A stretch of 64,000 bases of DNA from NCBI GenBank assembly GCA_902802905.1, contig CADCNT010000011.1, positions 2,004 through 66,003 of the forward strand, read 5' to 3'. This DNA comes from an uncultured Erysipelotrichaceae bacterium (lineage in GTDB: Bacteria; Bacillota_I; Bacilli_A; RFN20; CAG-826). Of this stretch, positions 53,324 through 61,960 are shown piece after piece. Each line of letters begins with the position of its first letter. Position 1 is the first letter of the stretch. The notes beneath the pieces are model-generated. The model did not search any database and was not told where the DNA came from. It saw nothing but the letters and a program-made list of their open reading frames with translations. The position numbers and the translations under genes were made by a program.

Positions 53324-54028
53324 TTATTTAACGTTGTGATAGACGTTTTGGACATCTTGAAGCTCATCAAGCATGTCACATAATTCTTCAAATTTTCTAC
53401 GATCTTCTGGATCGGTGATTTCAACATAATCATTTGGTAAGAATGTCACTTCAGCGGTATCAAATTCTTCAATGCCCATTCCTTTTAAGACATCTCTAGC
53501 TTGAGCGAATGCTTCAGGAGCGGTTACGACTTCGATTTCTCCGTCTTCTTCAGTAACTTCTTGAACATCGACATCACTTAAGATGAGTGTTTCTTCAACT
53601 TCGTCTCTATTAGTGCCTTTAAAAGCAAATAATCCAGCTTGATAGAAATTGAAGATAACGGAACCTAAGTGACCACCTTTTTTAGTAATAGCGGTTCTCA
53701 CTTCCACTAAAGCACGATTGGTGTTATCGGTTAATGTATCAATAATAAATAGGGAGCCACCTGGACCAAAAGCTTCATATCTTCCTTCTTCATAAGATTC
53801 AGCAGTGCCGCCTTTAGCTTTTTGAATTGCTCTTTCAATAACGTCTTTAGTGACATGTTGAGCCTTCCACTTTTCAATCGCGGAACGTAGGGCTAAGTTG
53901 CTATCTGGATCAGGAACACCTCTGCTAGCGGCCATATAGATTTCTTTGCTAGCTCTCATAAATAAAGCACTACGTGCTGCTGCGGTAGCAGCCATAGCTT
54001 TAGCTCTTACTTCATGTGCTCTTCCCAT
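53324..54028 (-). CDS. yebC: YebC/PmpR-family transcriptional regulator
   Basis: MGRAHEVRAKAMAATAAARSALFMR... 234 aa. Confidence 0.9.
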   Translation of the reverse strand: MGRAHEVRAKAMAATAAARSALFMRASKEIYMAASRGVPDPDSNLALRSAIEKWKAQHVTKDVIERAIQKAKGGTAESYEEGRYEAFGPGGSLFIIDTLTDNTNRALVEVRTAITKKGGHLGSVIFNFYQAGLFAFKGTNRDEVEETLILSDVDVQEVTEEDGEIEVVTAPEAFAQARDVLKGMGIEEFDTAEVTFLPNDYVEITDPEDRRKFEELCDMLDELQDVQNVYHNVK

Positions 54029-54088
54029 AAATATTTTTCCTTCCTTGCGGTAGTATCATACCACTATTATTTATTGAGATAAAATATT

Positions 54089-54823
54089 TTAGTATTCAAC
54101 ATTTACTAAAATTAATCCTTGTGCTGGGGCTTTTGAAGAGACGATATGTCTTTCAGAAGTCTCTTCTAATAAGTCATCAATAGATTCTTCATCATACTTA
54201 TTAGAGGCCACATCAATCGCGTAGCCAATGATGAATCTAATCATATATCTCATAAATCCACTTCCTTTTAAAGTGACGGATATTAATTCATCATCTTTAA
54301 AAGCGTCAATGAAGTAGATTTCTCTAACAAAGTTATCTTGGTCTTCTTCTTTAGAAGTGAAGTTTTTAAAGTTGTGTTTCCCTAAAAAATGGTTTAATGC
54401 ACTTTTAAACTTCTCAAAGTCAAATTTCTTTGGATATAAATAACATGTTTCATAAAAGAAAGGAGACTTACTTTCAAAAGAAATAAGATAGTTATAAGTT
54501 TTACTTATCGCGTTATATCTTGCGTGGAAATCATCGTCTACTTGTTCAATATCATCAATTTGAATATCATCCGGTAGCATTCTATTGATTGAATATAGTA
54601 AACGGTCGATATCTAAATCAGAGACATCAACATCAAAATGAAATCGTTGCCCAAAAGCGTGCACTCCGGCATCAGTTCTACCTGCGCCATAGATAGTAAT
54701 TTCGGTATTGAAGTATTTAGATAATTCGTTTTCGATTACTTCTTGGATTGATAAAACATTAGGTTGTCTTTGCCAACCTGCATAGTTTGTACCTTTGTAT
54801 TTCACTTTCGCTAGTAGACGCAT
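54089..54823 (-). CDS. truA: tRNA pseudouridine(38-40) synthase
   Basis: ...YKGTNYAGWQRQPN...GAGRTDAGVHA... Confidence 0.92.
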   Translation of the reverse strand: MRLLAKVKYKGTNYAGWQRQPNVLSIQEVIENELSKYFNTEITIYGAGRTDAGVHAFGQRFHFDVDVSDLDIDRLLYSINRMLPDDIQIDDIEQVDDDFHARYNAISKTYNYLISFESKSPFFYETCYLYPKKFDFEKFKSALNHFLGKHNFKNFTSKEEDQDNFVREIYFIDAFKDDELISVTLKGSGFMRYMIRFIIGYAIDVASNKYDEESIDDLLEETSERHIVSSKAPAQGLILVNVEY

Positions 54824-54850
54824 ATATGTATGTATATCCTTATATAAATA

Positions 54851-55729
54851 TTAGAACATTGGTTCAATGTTAAATAATAATTTAATGATATTTATTCTGC
54901 CAAAATATCCATCGTGAATTACTAAATATAGTAAGAAAGCGAATAAAGAAGCCACTAATAGGAAGGCAATTAAATCTTTCCATTTGAAAGATAATTTACG
55001 ATATCTGCTTCTTTTCGCATATGGGTCGTAGCCTCTTGCTTCCATCGCATCAGATAGCTCTTCACTTCTATTAATTGCCGAAACAAATAGAGGAATGATT
55101 AAAGCAAAAATAGCCCGGAAGCGTTTGATAAATCCCCCTTTATTGAAGTCTACTCCTCGAGATGATTGAGCTTTGATAATACGATTAGTTTCATCAATAA
55201 GAGTAGGGATAAAACGTAACGCTATCGATAAAGTCATCGCTACAATATGAGAAGGGAATTTCACTAGTTTAAGTGGAGTTAGATACCATTCTAAGCCATA
55301 TGTTAAATCCATTGGCTTTGTAGTGCTAGTTAATATCATGGTGATTAATAACATCATGATTAATCTTAAAACGATATATCCACCTTGATAGAACGAGTCA
55401 TAGTAGATTGGATAGTTATTAATATAAAAGGCCACCATTTTATATTCAGGATTAGGCACAAATATATAAATAACTAACAGGAACACGAATAAAATCCACA
55501 TCGCTCCTAGTGACTTAAGTAAAGACACAAAACTCACTTTCGCAATAATGGTGATAATCACTAAGAAAAGTAAAACAAGTCCTGACATAATCAAAGTAGA
55601 TGACCAAGATGTCACCTTTAAGAAAATGCAGACATAGAAAAGAATCATTAAGAAGATCTTGTTTCTTGGATCTAACTTATGAATAAAAGTATTAAATGGA
55701 GAGTAGCGGCCGAATGTTAAATTATTCAT
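54851..55729 (-). CDS. ecfT: ECF transporter transmembrane component
   Basis: Polytopic membrane protein with ...RAQSSRG... and the conserved position after the two ecfA genes. Confidence 0.88.
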   Translation of the reverse strand: MNNLTFGRYSPFNTFIHKLDPRNKIFLMILFYVCIFLKVTSWSSTLIMSGLVLLFLVIITIIAKVSFVSLLKSLGAMWILFVFLLVIYIFVPNPEYKMVAFYINNYPIYYDSFYQGGYIVLRLIMMLLITMILTSTTKPMDLTYGLEWYLTPLKLVKFPSHIVAMTLSIALRFIPTLIDETNRIIKAQSSRGVDFNKGGFIKRFRAIFALIIPLFVSAINRSEELSDAMEARGYDPYAKRSRYRKLSFKWKDLIAFLLVASLFAFLLYLVIHDGYFGRINIIKLLFNIEPMF

Positions 55730-56571
55730 CGTCTCTCCTTTAACTGCACTAGTAAGTCATCAATAGTCTTGATTTTACTAATATCAATATCTAAACCTTT
55801 TTCTTTTAAAGATAAGGCAAATTTAAATAATTCTGGTACTTCAATGGAGTAAGCGGACACATCTTTAGTGAACAAACTATTAGGTGTACCTTCAAAAGAT
55901 ACTTCTCCGTTATTTAGCACAATTACGTGATCACTATGATTGAGAACAATATTCATATCATGAGTGACTAAAATAATAGTCTTACCTTCTTGGTTAAACT
56001 TTTTAATAAGTTTAAGAATGATATCGCTACCTAAAGGGTCAAGTCCGGCGGTAGGTTCGTCCAAAACTAAGATGTCAGGATTTAAAGCGATAATACCGGC
56101 GATTGCCACTCTACGCTTTTCGCCACCTGAAAGTTCAAATGGTGAACGCTTATAGAATGATTCATCAATACCAACTTCCGCTAAAGCTTTATGAGCAAGT
56201 TCAATAGCTTCTACTTCTTTAACACCATAGTTTTTTAAGCCAAAGGCGACATCTTTTTCCACAGTCTCTTCAAAGAGTTGATATTCTGGGAATTGGAAAA
56301 CAATCGCTAAATGTTTTCTTAGCTCTTTGATGTTTTTATTTTTTCTTTTATTCGGAGTAACTTTAAATTCGCCAACTTCCACTTCTCCGTTACTAGGTAA
56401 AATAAGTCCATTTAGAGTTTGAATTAAAGTAGATTTACCGCTACCAGTGTGACCAATAATCGCAGTGATCTTCTTTTCTGGTATTTCTAAAGAAACATTA
56501 TGAAGAGCTTCTACTTCATTTGGAGTCTTAGATAAATATGTGTAGGAGAGGTTCTTAATCTTTATTTGCAT
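55726..56571 (-). CDS. ecfA2: ECF transporter ATPase A2
   Basis: GHTGSGKST, LSGGEKRRVAIAG, ILVLDEPTAGLD. Confidence 0.9.
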   Translation of the reverse strand: MQIKIKNLSYTYLSKTPNEVEALHNVSLEIPEKKITAIIGHTGSGKSTLIQTLNGLILPSNGEVEVGEFKVTPNKRKNKNIKELRKHLAIVFQFPEYQLFEETVEKDVAFGLKNYGVKEVEAIELAHKALAEVGIDESFYKRSPFELSGGEKRRVAIAGIIALNPDILVLDEPTAGLDPLGSDIILKLIKKFNQEGKTIILVTHDMNIVLNHSDHVIVLNNGEVSFEGTPNSLFTKDVSAYSIEVPELFKFALSLKEKGLDIDISKIKTIDDLLVQLKERR

Positions 56572-57377
56572 AACTTCTCTCCAATACTATCTAAAGTATC
56601 ATCTTCACTTATAGAGATACCTAAATCTGCAATACGCTTTTTTAATTCAATTTCAAAAGGAACTTCTAAATTATATTTAGAAATCGTATCGACATTATTA
56701 AATAATTCTTTTGGGGTACATGAAAGAATCATTTCTCCTTCATGCATTAATACAATTCGGTCAGTTAAATATGCTTCTTCAATATCATGGGTAATTGAGA
56801 TCACTGTTAAATCAGGATTTTCTTCTCTCATTTTTCTAACAAGACTTAATATTTCTCTTTTACCACTTGGATCAAGCATACTAGTGGCTTCATCTAAGAT
56901 TAATAGTTCTGGTCTTCTTACTAAAGAATCAGCGATGGCCACTCTTTGTTTTTGGCCACCCGAAAGGTACCCCGGTTCCTTAGTTAAGAATTCACTCATG
57001 CCGACTTTTTTAGCAAATTCTTTTACTAACGGAATCATCTCTTCTCTTGGGACATTCATGTTCTCTAAAGAGAAGGCGATATCATCTTCCACCGTTGCCC
57101 CAATAAATTGGTTATCAGGATTTTGGAAGACGATTGCGACTTTTTGGCGTATCTGATTAATCGTTTTATTGTTTAATTCTAGTCCACATATTTCTACACT
57201 TCCCGATTCAGGGACTAATAGGCCCACTAAGAGTCTTGCGAGAGTGGATTTGCCACATCCGTTATGTCCCACTAGTGAGACATATTCTCCCTTATTAATC
57301 TCTAATGAGAAGTCTTTTACTACGGGTTTATCTTTGACATACGAATATGTTAAGTGATTAATCGACACGCATTTCAT
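56562..57377 (-). CDS. ecfA1: ECF transporter ATPase A1
   Basis: GHNGCGKST, LSGGQKQRVAIA, LLILDEATSMLD. Confidence 0.9.
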   Translation of the reverse strand: MKCVSINHLTYSYVKDKPVVKDFSLEINKGEYVSLVGHNGCGKSTLARLLVGLLVPESGSVEICGLELNNKTINQIRQKVAIVFQNPDNQFIGATVEDDIAFSLENMNVPREEMIPLVKEFAKKVGMSEFLTKEPGYLSGGQKQRVAIADSLVRRPELLILDEATSMLDPSGKREILSLVRKMREENPDLTVISITHDIEEAYLTDRIVLMHEGEMILSCTPKELFNNVDTISKYNLEVPFEIELKKRIADLGISISEDDTLDSIGEKLCK

Positions 57378-57410
57378 GACGATTATTATAACAAGTTATC
57401 TTGTTTCATT

Positions 57411-58022
57411 CTATTGATTGAACAAAATATCACCAATTTTCTTTTTGATCTTGCTAATTCGTCTTCTAACCGTTGAATATTTCATGTTCAAAGTGAGCGC
57501 TATTTCATATAATGAATAGCCTTCTAAAAATAGATAGAACACTTCTTTATCCATGACATCAAAGTTCTTATTATCCTTTTCAATTACTTGAGCGATATCA
57601 CTAATAATTGAATAGTTTTCAATCAATGATGATTCGTTTTGTTTTAACACTCTAAAGTAATTTCTTTCTTCTCCGTTAGAAGAAGTTGGAAATATAGAAG
57701 TCTTGTCGCCTTCTAAACTAGAGAATTGACCAACATAATCATATACTTCTCTAATTGCAGAGCTTTTCCAATACTTGTAAAAGTTTTTCATTCCCTTTTT
57801 AAAGTTATTAATTGAGATGAAAATACAAGAAGTGACAATACAGTGAATATCTTCATATTCCACTTGATAAAGAAATTTGAATTTACGATAAAGTTCACCC
57901 GCTAATTTTCTGGTGTGACACTTATATCGATTCATGAGTTCAAGTTCTAAATCGTCATCACTTTGATTTTTGTAAAGGAAAACAATCTCGTCGTCACTGA
58001 GTTCACGATATTTCTTAAACAT
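57411..58022 (-). CDS. Sigma-70-family factor, SigH-like by synteny (cysS-rlmB-sigH)
   Basis: Region-4 HTH ...EGYSLYEIALTLNMKYSTVRRRISKIKKKI. ATG 58022 (the track ORF starts one codon earlier at a TTG). Confidence 0.65.
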   Translation of the reverse strand: MFKKYRELSDDEIVFLYKNQSDDDLELELMNRYKCHTRKLAGELYRKFKFLYQVEYEDIHCIVTSCIFISINNFKKGMKNFYKYWKSSAIREVYDYVGQFSSLEGDKTSIFPTSSNGEERNYFRVLKQNESSLIENYSIISDIAQVIEKDNKNFDVMDKEVFYLFLEGYSLYEIALTLNMKYSTVRRRISKIKKKIGDILFNQ

Positions 58023-58027
58023 CAAAA

Positions 58028-58064
58028 AAATCTCCTTTCGGAGTGTGACCGGTAAAGGAGATTT
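58028..58064 (-). terminator. Strong hairpin plus T7 after rlmB that contains the SD of the sigH-like gene
   Basis: AAATCTCCTTT (58028-58038) pairs with AAAGGAGATTT (58054-58064), 11 bp plus an inner CGG/CCG. Minus strand reads ...AAAGGAGATTTTTTTGATG. Confidence 0.75.
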
Positions 58065-58069
58065 ATAAA

Positions 58070-58792
58070 TTAGTTTCTAATTTTGGCTAACAAGATTCCT
58101 GCCGCAACGGAAGCATTTAACGAATTAACATGACCATACTGAGGAATTTTCACTACATAATCAGAATTTTTGATCACTAGTTGACTGACACCTTTTCCTT
58201 CTGAACCGATGACTAAGGCAACTGGGAAATCATATTTAATCTGATTGTAATCAATTATGGCACTGCCATCCGTGCTCACAATCCAGAAACCATTATCTTT
58301 CAGTTTTTGAATTGCGTTTTGCATCGAATTAATTTGAGCAACTGGTACATAGTTAATTGCACCGGCACTACTTTTGGCAACTGTGGCGTTAAGAGGAACT
58401 TGATTGTGTTTAGGAATGAGTATTCCACTCACATTGAACACATCACAAGATCTTAATATCGCCCCTAAGTTATGCGTGTCATTAATTCCATCAAGTATGA
58501 CGATAATCGGCACTTCTACTTTTCGACTTCGTCTAAGAATCTCATCAAAATCAAGATATTCATAAGGCTTAATCTCAGCGACTATTCCTTGGTGAACACC
58601 ATTAACTTTTTGATCTAATTCATTATTTGAGACAATCCGAATATATGGCTGTTTTTCTTGGAGAAGTAAGTTAATTTCTTTATCAGAAAATGCATTCGTG
58701 ATAAAAACTTTGTTAACTCTGTTAGCCCTTAAAGCTTCCTTTACCGGATTCCTCCCAAAAATGAGGTTTTGATTTTGCTTATCTTTTATCAT
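58070..58792 (-). CDS. rlmB: 23S rRNA 2'-O-methyltransferase, SpoU/TrmH family (RlmB-like)
   Basis: ...LVIGSEGKGVS...SLNASVAAGILL... Confidence 0.85.
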   Translation of the reverse strand: MIKDKQNQNLIFGRNPVKEALRANRVNKVFITNAFSDKEINLLLQEKQPYIRIVSNNELDQKVNGVHQGIVAEIKPYEYLDFDEILRRSRKVEVPIIVILDGINDTHNLGAILRSCDVFNVSGILIPKHNQVPLNATVAKSSAGAINYVPVAQINSMQNAIQKLKDNGFWIVSTDGSAIIDYNQIKYDFPVALVIGSEGKGVSQLVIKNSDYVVKIPQYGHVNSLNASVAAGILLAKIRN

Positions 58793-58799
58793 ACTAGAC

Positions 58800-60137
58800 T
58801 TACATTATTCCTCTTTTGATGAGCTCATTACGAACTTCATCAGATGTGGCAAAATCTTTAATTTCTTTACTTTTAACGTATTTTTGATAGAGATTTAAGT
58901 CATCTTCACTCATTTTTACGTAAGGTATATCTAAGCCTAAAACCAAGAACATATCATTAAGAGATTTGAATAGATTATTGAGTTTTTCTAGATCAGCTTC
59001 TCTAGTTCTAAGTTCTTGATTTGCGAGCTTAATTACGTTATACATTTCAGTCAAAGCATTCGCGGTATTTAAGTCATCCGCTAAAGCGAGTAAGAATGGT
59101 TCAATGTAGGTTGCTTGACCTTTAGATAAATCCACTCCACTAGTTTGAAGTTTAAGTGCTAGTTGCTTATTGACCATTTTCATCTTTTGAATCTCTTGAG
59201 ATGCTGCAGTTACTGTGTCTTCAGTAAAGTTAACAGGCATTCTATAATGAGTGCTTAAAATGACTAGTCTAACCACCGCGCCACCTACTTGAGCAATTAA
59301 GTCTTTCGCATAGACGACATTGCCTAAGCTCTTAGACATTTTTTCATTACCAAAATTGATAAATGCGTTATGCATCCAATATTTAGCAATTTTATTGCCA
59401 TGTGTCGCTTCGCTTTGGGCGATTTCATTTTCGTGATGTGGGAATTTTAAATCATAGCCACCACCATGAATATCGATATAGTGGCTTGGGAAGATCTTAT
59501 CAATCATCACACAGCATTCAGTGTGCCAACCTGGGCGACCATCCCCCCAAGGAGAAGGCCAATTAATTCCTTCATCAGTTTTCTTCCACAAGGCAAAATC
59601 TAATGGTGATTCTTTTGCGGTATTCTCTTCGATTCTCGCGCCCACCACTAAATCTTCAACGTTAATGCCACTTAAAGCGCCATAATCCTTGATTTTAGGC
59701 ACTCTAAAGTAAACGTCTCCGTTAACTACATAAGCGGCGCCTATCTTAACTAAATTATTAACGTAATCAATGATTGCTTGGATATATTCAGTAACTTTAG
59801 GAGTGATACTAGGAATTTCACTACCAATCGCTAATGTGGTCTTTTTAAATTCATCGATGAAATATTCGGTAAGTTCTTTTTCACTCTTACCTTGTGCTTT
59901 CGCTTCTTTGATGATTTTATCATCCACATCAGTGAAATTTGATACATAAGTAACTTTATAACCAATATAAGTTAAAAACCTTCTGAGCGTGTCAAAAACC
60001 ACCACCGGTCTCATATTACCAATATGTGGATAGTTATAGACCGTAGGTCCACATACGTACATTGAGACTTCGTTTGGCTTTTGCGTGACAAAGTCTTCTA
60101 CTTTATTAGTTAAGGAGTTATAAAATTTGACGTTCAT
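58800..60137 (-). CDS. cysS: Cysteine--tRNA ligase
   Basis: HIGN (YPHIGNMR) and KMSKS motifs. ATG 60137 (MNVKFYNSLT...). Confidence 0.93.
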   Translation of the reverse strand: MNVKFYNSLTNKVEDFVTQKPNEVSMYVCGPTVYNYPHIGNMRPVVVFDTLRRFLTYIGYKVTYVSNFTDVDDKIIKEAKAQGKSEKELTEYFIDEFKKTTLAIGSEIPSITPKVTEYIQAIIDYVNNLVKIGAAYVVNGDVYFRVPKIKDYGALSGINVEDLVVGARIEENTAKESPLDFALWKKTDEGINWPSPWGDGRPGWHTECCVMIDKIFPSHYIDIHGGGYDLKFPHHENEIAQSEATHGNKIAKYWMHNAFINFGNEKMSKSLGNVVYAKDLIAQVGGAVVRLVILSTHYRMPVNFTEDTVTAASQEIQKMKMVNKQLALKLQTSGVDLSKGQATYIEPFLLALADDLNTANALTEMYNVIKLANQELRTREADLEKLNNLFKSLNDMFLVLGLDIPYVKMSEDDLNLYQKYVKSKEIKDFATSDEVRNELIKRGIM

Positions 60138-60185
60138 AATATTTAAGCAAATAAGCCACATAAGTGGCCTATTTTGATTTATTTG

Positions 60186-61946
60186 TTATTTACTTGGATA
60201 CTTTTCTCTATCAGCGCTATAGGAGGTGTGGAGGAGTTCTTCTGCGAGTTCGCTTCCTGGTTCTCCTAAGAAGTCTTTATAGAGTTTTTGAATATCTTTG
60301 TTGTTATGAGATTGTCTCACCACTTGTCTTTCATCTTCGCTATATAAGACGCTGGCACGTTTCGCGCGATATGTCTCTAAGATGTTATCATCTTCATTTT
60401 GTAAAAAGAGAGGTTTGACATATGGTTGACCACCACCATTGATACATCCACCTGGGCAACCCATGATTTCAATAAAGGCATATGGTGATTTACCTTCTTT
60501 AATTTGATCTAACAATACTTTCGCGTTTTTCATACCAGAGGCAACAGCAACCTTAACGATTGTGCCTTCGATATTGATATCAGCTTCTTTGATGGCTTCT
60601 TGACCACGGACTTCATGGAAATCAACTTTGCCGTATTCTTTTCCAGTGAGCCAATAGTAAGCAGTTCTTAAGGCTGCTTCCATAACGCCACCAGTGACAC
60701 CGAAGATGACACCAGCGCCACTATAGTCGCCTAATAAGTCTGGATCAAATTCTTCTTCAGGAAGTTTTTGCCAGTTGATACCACTACGTTTGATCATCTT
60801 AGCGAGTTCTCTTGTTGTAAGGACTGCGTCAACATCATCAGGCATTTGCTTTCTTTGTCTTTCATACTTTTTAGCAGTACATGGCATGACTGAGACCACA
60901 AAGATATCTTTTGGATCTAATTCATGAGCCTTAGCAAAGTAGCTCTTAATGATAGCGCCCATCATCATATGTGGGGATTTACATGTGGAGATATTTGGAA
61001 TTAACTCTGGGCAATAGTATTCCATATAGTTAATCCAACCTGGAGAACAAGAAGTAATTTGTGGTAAGACACCTTTATTCTTAATTCTCATCAATAATTC
61101 GTGTGCTTCTTCCATGATGGTTAAGTCAGCAGCGAAGTTGGTGTCAAAGACACGATAGAAACCAAGTCTATGTAAGGCTGCTACCATCTTGCCAGTTCCT
61201 GGAGTACCAATCTTTTCGCCGAATTCTTCAGCGATCGCGGCTCTAACTGCAGGAGCGGTTTGCACGATCACTTTCTTACCACTTCTCATGGCTTCATCGA
61301 CTTTGTCGATTTCAGAATGTTCCATTAAAGCACCAGTTGGACAGACGTTAACACATTGTCCACATTGGATACATGGAGAAGTTGCGAAGCTTCTATTTTG
61401 TACAGGAGCGACAATTGTCTTAAATCCACGGTTTTCAAAACCTAAGATAGAAATACCTTGTGCTTCTTTACATCTTTCGATACATCTACCACATAAGATA
61501 CATTTTGAAGTATCTCTAACTAATCCTGGGGCTAAGGTATCGATTGTTGCAGGAGTTTGTTCTCCTTCATACATTCCGTCACGAGCTCCCACCATTTTGG
61601 AGACTTCTAATAATTCACAATGTCCGTTTTTCTCACATTGTAAACAGTTCTTGTGGTGATTAGATAAAATTAATTCCACACTAGCGCGTCTAGCTTCAAC
61701 GGCTTTAGGAGAGGAAATAAAGATTTCCATGCCTTCAGCGACAGGATATACACAGGAGGCCACTAATCCTCTAGCGCCTTTAACTTCCACTAAACAAACT
61801 CTACAGCTAGCGCGAGAGCATTTACCGTTATTAAATGCACATAATGAAGGAATGACGAAGCCGCATTTTCTAGCTGCTTCAAGAATGGTCAAACCGCTTT
61901 CAACTTGGAAGTCGCGACCTTCGATTTTAATATTCACTAAACTCAT
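60186..61946 (-). CDS. hydA: [FeFe]-hydrogenase catalytic subunit (M3 architecture, HydA of a HydABC-type complex)
   Basis: N-terminal 2Fe-2S and FeS-cluster Cys motifs. H-cluster motifs TSCSPGW (non-canonical), VMPCTAKKYE, EIMGCPGGCINGGGQP. ATG 61946 lies 8 nt after GGAGG. Confidence 0.9.
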   Translation of the reverse strand: MSLVNIKIEGRDFQVESGLTILEAARKCGFVIPSLCAFNNGKCSRASCRVCLVEVKGARGLVASCVYPVAEGMEIFISSPKAVEARRASVELILSNHHKNCLQCEKNGHCELLEVSKMVGARDGMYEGEQTPATIDTLAPGLVRDTSKCILCGRCIERCKEAQGISILGFENRGFKTIVAPVQNRSFATSPCIQCGQCVNVCPTGALMEHSEIDKVDEAMRSGKKVIVQTAPAVRAAIAEEFGEKIGTPGTGKMVAALHRLGFYRVFDTNFAADLTIMEEAHELLMRIKNKGVLPQITSCSPGWINYMEYYCPELIPNISTCKSPHMMMGAIIKSYFAKAHELDPKDIFVVSVMPCTAKKYERQRKQMPDDVDAVLTTRELAKMIKRSGINWQKLPEEEFDPDLLGDYSGAGVIFGVTGGVMEAALRTAYYWLTGKEYGKVDFHEVRGQEAIKEADINIEGTIVKVAVASGMKNAKVLLDQIKEGKSPYAFIEIMGCPGGCINGGGQPYVKPLFLQNEDDNILETYRAKRASVLYSEDERQVVRQSHNNKDIQKLYKDFLGEPGSELAEELLHTSYSADREKYPSK

Positions 61947-61960
61947 GGCTAATTCCTCCA

